Source of the DNA: a virus
Taxonomy: Duplodnaviria > Heunggongvirae > Uroviricota > Caudoviricetes
Reading direction: 5' to 3' (one strand)
DNA: 64,000 nt
IMG/VR virus record: IMGVR_UViG_3300035696_001272
Made by a program: the position numbers and the translations under genes. This document shows, in pieces, positions 1 to 10,868 of the stretch. Positions within the stretch are counted from its first letter, which is position 1. The number at the start of each line of letters is the position of its first letter. Under the pieces are notes generated by a model. The model saw nothing but the letters and a program-made list of their open reading frames with translations. It ran no database searches and was not told the origin of the DNA.

Positions 1-2784
1 GTCACTGTCACTAACGTAGTTTCTTCTACCTCATACGAAGTCGATTCCAACACTTTCTCTTACATCCTCAACAATAGAAAGGATTTGACAGTCCTTTACA
101 TTGTCTCGTCAGTAGTAACTGGAACTGGAAGTTCAGCAACTACTGCGCTCACTATCCGTGATGTTAGAAGATTCGTTAACGACTCTGATTCCAGCGTTCC
201 TGCCGTTTTGACTAGCGACAACTCGCAAGGTAACTTCAAGACACTCGCTGCCGCTCTAAATTGGCTCAAATTTAACGCTGCTTTCCAAGACCAGCTACAG
301 GTTAAGGGCGCATTCGCAATATCTACCGATCCTGGTTTGAATTTCCCGCTGTACATCAGTGGTGGTGGTTCAACAGCAAGCTTAACATTCAATACTACCA
401 TGAATATGTCAAACGTTACATTCAACAATGTAACTGTAGTATTCAACGGAGCACTAACTGCAACTAACGTCACCTTCAATAACTGCAATATCACTTTCAA
501 TGCAGCAACTACACTAACTAATGTCATTATCGACCCGTCTGTAGTTAATGTCGCCGGTTTGGTGACCGTTTCACAAACATCAATCCTAAATTCGACTGTC
601 AATGTCAGCGTTACACAAGGATTTGCCCTTGGTTCAACCAACACTTTCGCTGGCTCGACTTTCAACTACACTGCCAACCCAGTAGGTGGCGGCGGTTACA
701 GCACTTCTGATTTGGTCAATGCCGGATCAGGTATGATGTATGCCAACGTTACTACTTCACTTGGTGGATTGACCGTTAGAAAGTGTACTTTCAACAACAC
801 TCTAGCCGATCACTTTCCATTCATTAGCTTGCAGCTCGGTGGAGCCATGGCCCCATTTGCTTACAGCGCAATTGTTCGTGGAATAGATATCGACGACAAC
901 CAATTCAACAACCTGTTCGTTGGTAATGATCGCAGAGCCGTAATCGCTATTACATCTACTATCACCGCAGCTCCTCCAGCCAGCAGTTACCCGGCGTTTC
1001 CAAAATTGGTGGATGTCAGCATTACTGACAACGTTTGCAACTATGATCAGATGATCCTATTGTCCACCGTTAGAATTGCCGGTTCGCCAATCACTGGCTC
1101 TATGTTGACCTGTGTGGACTGTACCATTCAAGACAACGTTTGCGGTGTAATTGGTTACATGACTGCTTCCGATGTAATTTCCAGCGGAGACAACTCGGAG
1201 ACTGCCAATCTTGGAGCTATCCGAGACAAGATTGACCAGCTGGTTATCCAACACAACACCTGTAAACTGATTACCAACTTGGATTCAGTAGGACAGTACA
1301 TCGCCTTCAATACTTCTGAACAAGCAACTCCTGTAGATTGGGTCAAGGTCGGAACTGGTGCTGTTACCATAGAGAAAAATGCAAGCAGCTGGATTCTAGT
1401 CGGAGCTTCAAATTGGAGCCAAAACACTGCAGTCTATACAAATCTTAATGGTGAGGGAGCAATCATTTCCAAGAACAGGCTCTCAGCATACAACTCTGCC
1501 TTCTTGAATGCTTATCAAGACGTCAACAACAGCGGACTCGTACCTCCAAATATTGCTATCCATCTAAGATACGATGCTTATCAGCAATCTGATTTTAACA
1601 TTACCCAAAGCGTCATCAATGATAATATCATTGATTCTAGAACTTGGTTAGAGTCGGTAGGTTTCGTTTACAACACCTTTAACTATGCTATCGGTATCAA
1701 GTGTGAAAATAGCGCTAATATAATCAACAACACCATAGATCGTCCAGGACGTTCTTCTACTATGATTCTATTGGGCGGCACTGCCTCCGGTGGACCAATT
1801 ATCAGATGCAATGGAAACATACTGAGCCGTGGAAGCACCATCATAGCAGCTTATTTCCAGGGCATCAACAATACCGCTATTAACAATGTTAATATCACCG
1901 GCAACACTCTTGATAGTCCAACTATCGATGGAAGCACTACCACTGTAGGCATTAACATCTCTCCTTACTGGACATTCCACACCAACGTCAATCAAACAGC
2001 TTACCTATCTATTTCTGCAACTGATTACCAGAATTACGCATCAAGTCTTGGTCTGTCAAATGAAAATACAGCTAGCGGTGCAGTTGGAGCAGGTGGTGGA
2101 CAAGGTACTTTTGGAACTGACTATAACGGAGCTTTCTATATAGATTCTAGCAACGGATTCCAAGTTGCCAGGGTAGTTGGATCTCTTAGCTTTGGTCTTG
2201 GAACAAGCTATGGTCCAGCCGCCGAGTACATGATTGTTTCTGATTACACTTACGTGCCAGCTGCTGGTGAAAGAAACTACAGCTTTACTGTTCCACTAGA
2301 TCACGGCTTGCCAATGGGCGCCAAGATCATTTCTGTCACCATGGGTATTTATTTGACACAGAACGGAGCAACCTTGGATATTTCTGCCGGTACAAATAAC
2401 CAGTACACGCTGAGCTTGATACCTTATCTCCCAACCGCAACTGCCAACTCTGCAAACGGAGTAGCAGATGTCAAGAGTAACATAAGGCTACTTGGCGGTA
2501 TAACTGACGAAGCTTTGAATATCTTCGGACTTCTACAAAGTACTTTCTTTGTCGGTAGCTCTACCACATCAAATCAAAGACAAATATCAGATTTGACCAG
2601 CGCAACTCAATACATGACTATTACAGCTGCGCAGACTTCCGCAAACCAACAATGGTATACCGTGGATGGTCTCCACAGAATTGCAGCAACCTTTGATTTC
2701 AACTATAAGAGAATGGGTGGTACCACAGCCGCGCATTTCGTAACCTGGTACCTATCTCCAATAGTTGTACAATACAGATGGTAA
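1..2784 (+). CDS. Virion/tail-fibre-like protein with parallel beta-helix repeats (5'-truncated)
   Basis: Frame is open from base 1. Asn/Thr/Ile-rich repeats (e.g. VTFNNVTVVFNG, ITDNVC, IQDNVC, ITGNTL) are typical of pectin-lyase-like beta-helices. Lies upstream of the tail genes. Confidence 0.6.
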   Translation, partial: VTVTNVVSSTSYEVDSNTFSYILNNRKDLTVLYIVSSVVTGTGSSATTALTIRDVRRFVNDSDSSVPAVLTSDNSQGNFKTLAAALNWLKFNAAFQDQLQVKGAFAISTDPGLNFPLYISGGGSTASLTFNTTMNMSNVTFNNVTVVFNGALTATNVTFNNCNITFNAATTLTNVIIDPSVVNVAGLVTVSQTSILNSTVNVSVTQGFALGSTNTFAGSTFNYTANPVGGGGYSTSDLVNAGSGMMYANVTTSLGGLTVRKCTFNNTLADHFPFISLQLGGAMAPFAYSAIVRGIDIDDNQFNNLFVGNDRRAVIAITSTITAAPPASSYPAFPKLVDVSITDNVCNYDQMILLSTVRIAGSPITGSMLTCVDCTIQDNVCGVIGYMTASDVISSGDNSETANLGAIRDKIDQLVIQHNTCKLITNLDSVGQYIAFNTSEQATPVDWVKVGTGAVTIEKNASSWILVGASNWSQNTAVYTNLNGEGAIISKNRLSAYNSAFLNAYQDVNNSGLVPPNIAIHLRYDAYQQSDFNITQSVINDNIIDSRTWLESVGFVYNTFNYAIGIKCENSANIINNTIDRPGRSSTMILLGGTASGGPIIRCNGNILSRGSTIIAAYFQGINNTAINNVNITGNTLDSPTIDGSTTTVGINISPYWTFHTNVNQTAYLSISATDYQNYASSLGLSNENTASGAVGAGGGQGTFGTDYNGAFYIDSSNGFQVARVVGSLSFGLGTSYGPAAEYMIVSDYTYVPAAGERNYSFTVPLDHGLPMGAKIISVTMGIYLTQNGATLDISAGTNNQYTLSLIPYLPTATANSANGVADVKSNIRLLGGITDEALNIFGLLQSTFFVGSSTTSNQRQISDLTSATQYMTITAAQTSANQQWYTVDGLHRIAATFDFNYKRMGGTTAAHFVTWYLSPIVVQYRW

Positions 2785-2787
2785 ATA

Positions 2788-3615
2788 ATGGGTACTAATA
2801 ATTTCTCTAAAACAGACCTGAATAATATCTACAATATCGTTCAATCTTCGATGATAGTGTATCCAAAGGAAATCATTATTGCTACATTACGTGATTTCTT
2901 TTCACAGGATAGTTATTACCATTTTTCTAAGGATCAATGGGGATTTGCAAACACAACAGATCACACCGATCTGCCACCCGGAGCCGACTTGCCTAGAGGG
3001 CCGGGTGCTAACCCACAATTGAACCCGAGCCCAATTCTGCCCACTCGTATCTTCATTGGTGAAAACTGGAGATACGATGCTATTTTTTATCCTGCTATCC
3101 TGGTTAAGAGTGGCGGCACTAGATATGTACCAATTTCTATCAATCGTAACCAAGGCGGCATTGAGTTTAGTAAAATTCTCTTTGCGGATGGGTATGGTAA
3201 TGAAACAGCTATCTACAGACCTGTGGCCGTCGTAACAAATGGTGCTTGGGAAGGGTCAATTTTGATAGATGTTATGAGCAGGAGTTTAAGAGCTAGAGAT
3301 GATTTGGTAGAGCTAATTGGAATGTGTTTCACAGAAATACATTTCGACACACTACACGACATAGGCATTATAGTCAAGCCAATTACAGTCAGTGGCACAA
3401 CCGAGACAGACGACCGAAACGACAAGCTATTTAGGCAAACTCTAACATTAGATATAAGAACTGAGTGGAAGAGAGTGATACCAATAGAGAATACTATTGA
3501 CTCTATTTTCTTTACAGCCACCTTTTCAGATTTGTCGCAGCCAAACAGCCCAATAGCAGCCAATCTAACTATCAATACAGAAGTTGGTATGGTGGATATG
3601 CTACTAAATATGTAA
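2788..3615 (+). CDS. Putative tail completion/terminator (neck) protein
   Basis: 275 aa immediately upstream of the sheath; YPAILVK...IDVMSRS..ARDDL..LI pattern resembles tail terminator proteins. Confidence 0.5.
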   Translation: MGTNNFSKTDLNNIYNIVQSSMIVYPKEIIIATLRDFFSQDSYYHFSKDQWGFANTTDHTDLPPGADLPRGPGANPQLNPSPILPTRIFIGENWRYDAIFYPAILVKSGGTRYVPISINRNQGGIEFSKILFADGYGNETAIYRPVAVVTNGAWEGSILIDVMSRSLRARDDLVELIGMCFTEIHFDTLHDIGIIVKPITVSGTTETDDRNDKLFRQTLTLDIRTEWKRVIPIENTIDSIFFTATFSDLSQPNSPIAANLTINTEVGMVDMLLNM

Positions 3616-3752
3616 AATAGGGTGGGTAGATTTAGGCATAATTATAAAGTTTAAGACCGGCAAGCCACAAAATGTGTGAATATGACTTCAAGGATAGCAA
3701 TATTACTACATTTTAGTGATGCAGTCCACAAACCGAGTGAGAAGGATTTAAC

Positions 3753-6584
3753 ATGGCAAATATACCAGGCGCAACAAATGCCTTACCAGGAGTATTTACA
3801 AACGTAATAACACAGTCAAGTGGTGTTGCGATTCCTGGAGGTTCACGTGTTACAGCCATGATTGGCCAAGGTTCTACCAATGAGACCTTAGTTGCCCAGG
3901 CTTTAGGTGGTGGTCAAGACGGACTAAACCCAGAATACACAAGTAGCACAGGCTCTGACGGCAGACACTTTGCTACAGCAAATTTTCCCCTAGTTTCTAA
4001 CCGTACTACTATATTCAAGAATGGTATTCCACTAGTTGGATTTGAATTAGGTCCAATTACACCAACTACAACTTTTAGTGATATTTACGATTATCAACTC
4101 GATCCTACTACCGGACATATTTTGTTACAGTCTGCCCATCTACAAGATCAGGGCGGAACTTTTTATGTACCACTCAGCACCAACGTTGGTTTGGGTACTT
4201 TAAACAACCTGACACTAGAAGATCCAAATGCTCCACCAGAGACTTGGACCATTCGTTGTGTTGGCGTTCAAAGAAATGCCATGAACCAACCAATTGCCGG
4301 AACTGCAGATTTCCAAGCTTTCGGAACTGTCTCTGGCTCTCCACTAGATGCAAATGGTAATCCAATTATCTGGATTGCAAATGGCGAGACCGTTACTAAC
4401 GGAATTCTAAGCTTCAGCATTACCGAAACACAAGTAGGCGGTATGGCTGTTTCTCCATTCCGTCAAGGTGACGCATTTACTATCATCGTCGCTAGCGGCG
4501 TTCTAGTGCGTGGTGACTCTTTGACTACAAATGAGATTCCAGTAAACAACATCAACTTGCCAACTGTTCTCACAGGAATTTCCGATGCAACCAATTTCTG
4601 CGGACCAGCAAGTTTGACAAACAACTTGAGCTTAGGCGCTCAAATGTTCTTCGCAAACGGAGCTTCTTCCTTGCTCGCTCTACAAGCGGCCCCACCATTG
4701 CCAAGAAGAACATCTTATGTTTTGGATCCAAGCGTAAATGCTCTATCCACAAATCCAGATGACTTTACCTTCCCTTTCCCAATTGGTGTTGTTCCAGATT
4801 TCAACTCTGACATCCATGTCTTCGTAACCAATCCAGCCACTCAAGTAGAAACTCAGGTACTACCTAACAAGTTTACCTATTACACCCTGAATACTGCTGG
4901 CCAGCCAACTACTCAAGAATTCGTCTTCAGTAACCTTCAGCCTCCAGCAGGATACTCCTTCGATTATACTGTCGTCAACAGCTTCGAAACCGTGGTTAGC
5001 GAATTTGACGGTTACATTGGTAGACTACCAGCTTTCGGAACGACAGCAGTCTTCAACTCACCAAGTGTTGAATTTGATTTAAGCTATGTCGGACAGTTAC
5101 TAAAGGTTATCGACTCTAACAACAGAGCCAACGTTGGTATCTTCAACATCACTGGTGTTTCCAGCGGTCAATTGACTATCCAGACCATCACAACTGGTGA
5201 GCCTGGTGATCCAATTCCATATCCAACTCCAAGCGGCTTCCCCGATTTCGTTCAGGATCCTCTTCCACAAACATTTGAACTCATCTATGTCCCAACTGGT
5301 TTGCCAGTGGTGGGCGGATCTGGTACAGATGGTACATTGGTTGGTTTCACAAACACCGCACAAGCTACGCTACACAGCACCGCTGTTAACTTCAGTACCT
5401 TCCCTAACTTGATAGCAGATTACAGACTGCAAATCAATGGATCAACTGTTGGAAACAATGGTCTATACGATATCATTGGCTACAACTCTCTAACCAACAC
5501 TTTGACAATACAAATGGCCTTTGTTAGCGAGAGCGGTCTGAGATATGAAGTCCTAGATCCAGATCTCACCAGCACTTACTTGGTTTTGAACCACAACGTT
5601 GTTCCAAACGGCAACCAACTTAGAGTTACTATCGTTGACGCCAGAGACGCAGCTTTCTATGATGCTGGCTGGGTCAATGCTCTCGAAGTTCTAACAACTG
5701 TCGAATGCGATATCTTGGTTCCACTACCAAATCAAACCATCACAGTTATTTTCCAGAACTGCTTGAGTCATTGTATCACAATGAGCAATATTGCGAACAG
5801 AAAAGAAAGAGTGTTGTTCATCGGAGCTATCCAAGGTTTGACACCAGCCAACTTGACTGGCGCACAACTGGCCGCAGTTGAAGATTTGGGTATCCTGGAA
5901 GGAATTCCTAACAACGATATTACTAGCACTTTGGCTGGTAACATCCAGGACATTGCTAACTACTCTGTACCAGATGCTTATGGCGAGACATTCAGAGCCG
6001 TTTATTTCTATCCTGACCAGATCGTGGTACAGGCTGGCAGTGAAAACGTGCTCATCGATGGATTCTATATCGCAGCTGCTGCCGCAGGTTATGCTAACGC
6101 GGACCTCAACTTGGCAAATCCATTCACCAACAAGGTGTTCAGCGGATTTACCATCCTCAGAAACAAGACCTTCTCTACTATGGTCTTGGAGCAATTGGCT
6201 CAAGCAGGCGTCACTACTCTACAACCAGTCGCTGGTGGTGGAAGAGTGGTCTGGGGTATTACCACTTCACAAAGTGGATTCCCAGAGGAACAAGAAATCT
6301 CTATCGTCTTCATCAGAGACAGAGTTGCTAAGGTATTGCGTTCTGGATTCGCAGGCTTCATTGGAACTCCACAAACCGCCAATACACCAATCGCTTTGAA
6401 TACAGAAGCTGTGCTCTTGCTCAACTCTCTAGTTACCCAAGGATTGATTGCTGGTTACAAGGGATTGACAGTAACACAAGATCAAGTAGACCCACGTCAA
6501 TTCGATATTGCTGTTAGTGTTCAGCCAATTTATCCACTCAACTGGATCTATATCGTAGTGAATGTTGGTAATTTGGGAATATGA
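3753..6584 (+). CDS. Contractile tail sheath protein with inserted surface domains
   Basis: N-terminal LPGVFT. C-terminal sheath domain (VVWGITT...EISIVFIRDRV...QPIYPLNWIYI). AAGGA SD upstream. Confidence 0.9.
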   Translation: MANIPGATNALPGVFTNVITQSSGVAIPGGSRVTAMIGQGSTNETLVAQALGGGQDGLNPEYTSSTGSDGRHFATANFPLVSNRTTIFKNGIPLVGFELGPITPTTTFSDIYDYQLDPTTGHILLQSAHLQDQGGTFYVPLSTNVGLGTLNNLTLEDPNAPPETWTIRCVGVQRNAMNQPIAGTADFQAFGTVSGSPLDANGNPIIWIANGETVTNGILSFSITETQVGGMAVSPFRQGDAFTIIVASGVLVRGDSLTTNEIPVNNINLPTVLTGISDATNFCGPASLTNNLSLGAQMFFANGASSLLALQAAPPLPRRTSYVLDPSVNALSTNPDDFTFPFPIGVVPDFNSDIHVFVTNPATQVETQVLPNKFTYYTLNTAGQPTTQEFVFSNLQPPAGYSFDYTVVNSFETVVSEFDGYIGRLPAFGTTAVFNSPSVEFDLSYVGQLLKVIDSNNRANVGIFNITGVSSGQLTIQTITTGEPGDPIPYPTPSGFPDFVQDPLPQTFELIYVPTGLPVVGGSGTDGTLVGFTNTAQATLHSTAVNFSTFPNLIADYRLQINGSTVGNNGLYDIIGYNSLTNTLTIQMAFVSESGLRYEVLDPDLTSTYLVLNHNVVPNGNQLRVTIVDARDAAFYDAGWVNALEVLTTVECDILVPLPNQTITVIFQNCLSHCITMSNIANRKERVLFIGAIQGLTPANLTGAQLAAVEDLGILEGIPNNDITSTLAGNIQDIANYSVPDAYGETFRAVYFYPDQIVVQAGSENVLIDGFYIAAAAAGYANADLNLANPFTNKVFSGFTILRNKTFSTMVLEQLAQAGVTTLQPVAGGGRVVWGITTSQSGFPEEQEISIVFIRDRVAKVLRSGFAGFIGTPQTANTPIALNTEAVLLLNSLVTQGLIAGYKGLTVTQDQVDPRQFDIAVSVQPIYPLNWIYIVVNVGNLGI

Positions 6585-6615
6585 AAGATATATACCCTTT
6601 AGGGAGTAATAACTT

Positions 6616-7329
6616 ATGACTTCGAGTTCAACTTATCCACAAACAGGTTCAACCTTATACGTACCAGGCGGAAGTACTACAGTTGGTGCAATTAACGTAA
6701 CTGCTACATCAATTGCTACTAACATATTGATTACAGTTAGAAATCCAAATGCTCCAGGTGGTTATGTACCAGTAGGTGCAGTTCAGTCGATGGCTATTTC
6801 CGAAAGACGTCCACTTAAGATGATTGATGAAGTTGGAACAGATGGTCATATTGACTCTACTCCAAATCAATCTACAAACATCACTGGAACTTGCCAGAGA
6901 GTAAGATTCGATCAATTAAGAGTTGCTGAAGCTTTTGATAGAAGCTTTTTGCATGCATCAGCTCAAGTTTATCCTTTTGATATTATCATTTTCGATAAAC
7001 AAAAATTTGTTACAGGTAGCCAAATTCAAACGGTTATTAAGAACGTTTGGATCTCTGGTATTGATTATACTTACCAAGTTACTGACTGGGTTATCACAGA
7101 CAGCATGACCTGGGAAGCAGAAACAATCTTTAGCATGACCCTTGGTGGCAACCCAGCTGCTCAAGGTGGATACAACCAGATTCAGTCCTTCCAGCAAGGC
7201 AATCCAGCTTGGATTGAAGTTGCAACTGATATGGGTCTCAATGGTAGAAGAGGTTCTTTGGATGCTGCCGGACTTATCGATATTGGTTCTGCCAACTACG
7301 GTACTGTCAATACAACCAACATCTTCTAA
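6616..7329 (+). CDS. Tail tube protein
   Basis: Follows the sheath; VGAVQSMAISERR...EVG and IKNVWISGIDYTY motifs are typical of myophage tubes. GGGAG SD. Confidence 0.8.
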   Translation: MTSSSTYPQTGSTLYVPGGSTTVGAINVTATSIATNILITVRNPNAPGGYVPVGAVQSMAISERRPLKMIDEVGTDGHIDSTPNQSTNITGTCQRVRFDQLRVAEAFDRSFLHASAQVYPFDIIIFDKQKFVTGSQIQTVIKNVWISGIDYTYQVTDWVITDSMTWEAETIFSMTLGGNPAAQGGYNQIQSFQQGNPAWIEVATDMGLNGRRGSLDAAGLIDIGSANYGTVNTTNIF

Positions 7330-7361
7330 TTCAATAGAATAACATCCATAAATAGTTCTTA

Positions 7362-7400
7362 AAGTACCCTGTAATGATATATAATCTTTGCAGGGTATTT
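7362..7400 (+). terminator. Inverted repeat after tail tube (possible terminator or hairpin promoter)
   Basis: AAGTACCCTGTAA / TTGCAGGGTATTT 13-bp stem with G-U pairs, followed by a T-rich tract; loop contains GATATATA. Confidence 0.5.
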
Positions 7401-7418
7401 ATTTTGTGGAGTTAAACA

Positions 7419-8081
7419 ATGCCAAAATTTGAAAGTCCATTAGGTAGTAGAGAGTTTCGTAATCCAGGAATGAGAGAGATCAATGTTCCTGATGAAAGTG
7501 GACAAGCACCTTTACCAGCACGTCCTCATCAATCACCACCTGTTCTTGACCAGGCAGCATTCCAAGAGTTTCAATCTCGTATGCAACCACCTCCTCCTCA
7601 AATGAGAGAGATGTCGCCAGCAGAACAAGATATTCTAGCAGCTAAAAGAGCTAGAAGAGAAGGTAAAGAAAGATTGACAGATGGTGCCAAGCGTCGTATT
7701 GAGATGCTAATTGGTATGACCAGATCAAGCAAGGATTTAGATATTGCTGGACAACATTATAGATTGCAGACACTAACATCACAGGAATTACGTGATGCTA
7801 TTACTGGAGCAGCCGAATATGATGGTACTGTTCAGTTTATTTTTGAAACTAGAAAACAACTACTGGCTCGTTCACTTGTAATAGTGGCTGGAGTGGAAGT
7901 TGATCAGTTCTTAAATTCTACTGAAATGGAAGCTCGTTTAGAGTTCATCGAGTTGATGGATCACGCCCTATTACAAAGATTATACAATGAATATGTAGCC
8001 TTGGCACAGGAAGCTCAGGATAAATACGCTATGAAGACTGAGGCCCAGGTTAAGGAGGTACTGGAAGATCTAAAAAAATAA
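7419..8081 (+). CDS. Tail assembly chaperone (gpG-like)
   Basis: Between tube and tape measure genes; ends CTA AAA AAA TAA on a slippery A7 run. Confidence 0.75.
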   Translation: MPKFESPLGSREFRNPGMREINVPDESGQAPLPARPHQSPPVLDQAAFQEFQSRMQPPPPQMREMSPAEQDILAAKRARREGKERLTDGAKRRIEMLIGMTRSSKDLDIAGQHYRLQTLTSQELRDAITGAAEYDGTVQFIFETRKQLLARSLVIVAGVEVDQFLNSTEMEARLEFIELMDHALLQRLYNEYVALAQEAQDKYAMKTEAQVKEVLEDLKK

Positions 8082-8428
8082 TAAATGAACCGGAACACCG
8101 TTTCATTTGGCATTTGTGTAAGATGTACCAGAAATTGCCAATTGATCCATTTATTACTGAAATGGATCCGGTTCTAAAGATGTGGCTGTATGAACAATGG
8201 CTAGGCGATCATCGAGATGATGCAGAACTAGCTAAAAATCACGCATATCTATTAGGCTCCTTCTTTAACTCTGAAGCGGTACAACAACTACTAAATGATA
8301 ATGTTCACGAATCCTCCGATGAGGATTATGAAGAGTCTCTGAGAATGGTTAGAGACACCAATCTCAAGCTACTACAAGCTGAGAAAGCCCCGAAAAGAAG
8401 AAAGCGTAAGGCAACCCTAAAGGAATGA
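8078..8428 (+). CDS. Tail assembly chaperone frameshift extension (gpT-like), reached by -1 frameshift
   Basis: The -1 frame is open from the A7 run (8072-8078): IINEPEHRFIWHLCKMYQK...; no good own ATG/SD. Confidence 0.75.
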   Translation: MINEPEHRFIWHLCKMYQKLPIDPFITEMDPVLKMWLYEQWLGDHRDDAELAKNHAYLLGSFFNSEAVQQLLNDNVHESSDEDYEESLRMVRDTNLKLLQAEKAPKRRKRKATLKE

Positions 8429-8431
8429 TAA

Positions 8432-10849
8432 ATGGCCAACGGAACTGACCCAACGACAACAGCAACTACCGACATAGTGACGCCTAGTGCTGATGATCAG
8501 CAACAGTGGCAACAGTTTAATACACTTATCGATAGTACTGGCACCAGCCTAACCAATGTCGGTAATATTGGCCATACAATCACCAACGTTTTCAATAGCC
8601 TTGGTGGCCAAATATCAACCTTAGGTAATTCATTCAATTCGCTAAGTGGTATGACAGACGATACCGCTGCTAAATTTGGTTTGATTACAACATCTGTTAT
8701 TGGTGCCACAGAAGCATTCAAAAATCTGGCTGGTGTAGATACCACTCGTCTAGTTACTTTCAAAGGCCAACTGAAAGACCTTCTTGACATCGTTAGAGAA
8801 GGTCCCGGAACTCAATTAGCAGCTAGAGCCATCTCTGACATAATTGGCGAAATGACATCCCTAGGCGCATCATCGGATATAACCAAAAAAGCCTTTGCAG
8901 AACTTAAGACTGGTGTTACAACAATGGCCGCAGCATTTCTAAACAGCGCCGATAACATTGTTAGACTTCAAAATTCTTTCATGCAAATGACCATTCAAGG
9001 AAGTGGTTCAAATGCCCTCTTTAGAAACATCTCTGAAACCATTAAGGGAGTAGGAACAGATTTCAACAATATAAACGATGTTACATCACGTTACACCGCA
9101 GTTTTGAACAATGCTACTAGGGCTTTAGGTGGCAATCAAGAATTAGCATCACAGTACATGGCAGAAATCAATAGAATGCCTGGTGGTCTAAAAGCACTAC
9201 TGACACAAACGGAACTGGCTGGCAACAAAACTGATCTCCTGACTGCTAGCATGCATTATGCTGTAGGGGCTGGCCGAGATCAAAAATCTGTCTTCGATGA
9301 CATGAACAAGGCCATGACAGAATATAGTTTGACTGGTGGTGACGCCCTTAGGTTCTCTGCCAGAATGACTGAAGTAGCTGATACGTTAGGCGCTCAAGTT
9401 AGAGATGTGCAGGGTGCTTTGACAGAATCAGCTGACGCTTTTAAGATGTTTGTTTCTGATGGCGCTAACGCTGCCAACATGACGCAGGGCATGGCCGATG
9501 CGATGAGAAACTATGTTGGTGAACTAACTTCAGTTGGTATTCCGGCACAAAATGCTATCCAAATGTTTAGAAACTATACCAGCGTTATGAAAGATATGAA
9601 TCTTGGTCAACAGGCATTCGTATCTACCATGACTGGTGGACCGGGCGGACTTCGTGGCGCTTTTCAAATGGACCAGCTAGTTAGACAGGGCAATTTCGAA
9701 GAGATTCGACGCAAAGTTGAGCAAACAATTAGAAGAATGACTGGCCCCCTCGTTTCCTTGGATGAAGCTTCCAAAAGTGAAGGCGCTGCAGCCCAATACA
9801 CTCGTCAAATTCAATTGCTACAAAGTGGACCATTGGGTGGTTTGGCTAAAACCAGACCAGAAGCTGAAGCTCTCTTGCAAGCTATGAAAGAAGGTAAGAA
9901 AATTCCTACTACCGGAAAGACTGCCGAACAATCTTTGAATGAGACCGTAGCACGTGGTACCAAGTGGCAAGAAGGAACTTATACGGAAGTATCTAAAGCT
10001 GTAGGTATTCTAAGGGAAAGGCAAGTACAAGCTGGTACAATTAACTTAAGAACTGTCAGAGGACTGACTGGAGCTACTGGAATGTTGGGTGGCGGTATGG
10101 GTGGAGCTGGGGCTGGAATTTCTCCCGCTATACAAGAAAGAATAAGGGCCGCTCAGAGAGTTGCTACAACAGGTGGAACTGGCGCAGATGTATTCAAAGA
10201 ATTGGGTGAGTCAATCGGTAATTTGCCGGCCTCAGTAAAAGAAGCTATGAATACACTCAGAGATGCAGTTTCATCTGGTAAACGAGAAACTATTACCCAG
10301 GCCAACCAACGTGTAACTGAGGCCGTACAGGGCGCTGTAAGTCGTCAAAATGTATCACTCGGTGCTTTCAGTCAAATTGAAGACTATGCCCCAGCTGGAA
10401 GACAACTTGGTCGTAACGTGACAACTGGAGGTGGCGGCGGAACTGATGCAGTTTCATCTGGTAAACGAGAAACTATTACCCAGGCCAACCAACGTGTAAC
10501 TGAGGCCGTACAGGGCGCTGTAAGTCGTCAAAATGTATCACTCGGTGCTTTCAGTCAAATTGAAGACTATGCCCCAGCTGGAAGACAACTTGGTCGTAAC
10601 GTGACAACTGGAGGTGGCGGCGGAACTACAACAGGTGGTCACACAGCAGGTAAGACTGCACTGACACCAACTCAATTAGGTGGTGGACAGTCCAGTGGTC
10701 AACCAATACCAGTAGTATTGGCTAGTGGTTCCGCAATCAGCGTTAACTTTACAGGCGTCTGTCCTCATTGTGGAAAAGGCGTTCACACTACCGAAGTGGC
10801 ACACACTGTTGCACCGCAAGCTTTGGGTGGTTTTGGAGCAGGATTTTAA
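8432..10849 (+). CDS. Tape measure protein
   Basis: 805 aa, Ala/Gly/Thr/Met-rich and helical; directly follows the G/GT chaperone. Confidence 0.8.
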   Translation: MANGTDPTTTATTDIVTPSADDQQQWQQFNTLIDSTGTSLTNVGNIGHTITNVFNSLGGQISTLGNSFNSLSGMTDDTAAKFGLITTSVIGATEAFKNLAGVDTTRLVTFKGQLKDLLDIVREGPGTQLAARAISDIIGEMTSLGASSDITKKAFAELKTGVTTMAAAFLNSADNIVRLQNSFMQMTIQGSGSNALFRNISETIKGVGTDFNNINDVTSRYTAVLNNATRALGGNQELASQYMAEINRMPGGLKALLTQTELAGNKTDLLTASMHYAVGAGRDQKSVFDDMNKAMTEYSLTGGDALRFSARMTEVADTLGAQVRDVQGALTESADAFKMFVSDGANAANMTQGMADAMRNYVGELTSVGIPAQNAIQMFRNYTSVMKDMNLGQQAFVSTMTGGPGGLRGAFQMDQLVRQGNFEEIRRKVEQTIRRMTGPLVSLDEASKSEGAAAQYTRQIQLLQSGPLGGLAKTRPEAEALLQAMKEGKKIPTTGKTAEQSLNETVARGTKWQEGTYTEVSKAVGILRERQVQAGTINLRTVRGLTGATGMLGGGMGGAGAGISPAIQERIRAAQRVATTGGTGADVFKELGESIGNLPASVKEAMNTLRDAVSSGKRETITQANQRVTEAVQGAVSRQNVSLGAFSQIEDYAPAGRQLGRNVTTGGGGGTDAVSSGKRETITQANQRVTEAVQGAVSRQNVSLGAFSQIEDYAPAGRQLGRNVTTGGGGGTTTGGHTAGKTALTPTQLGGGQSSGQPIPVVLASGSAISVNFTGVCPHCGKGVHTTEVAHTVAPQALGGFGAGF
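10262..10627 (+). repeat. Exact 183-bp tandem duplication (61 aa) inside tape measure gene
   Basis: 10262-10444 and 10445-10627 are identical by eye comparison; reading frame preserved. Confidence 0.95.
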
Positions 10850-10868
10850 CTGATAACAAGGAAATAAT

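Noticed and set aside
10262-10627. DGR template/variable repeat pair
   Set aside because: The copies are identical and adjacent, with no adenine-specific mismatches and no reverse transcriptase in the window.
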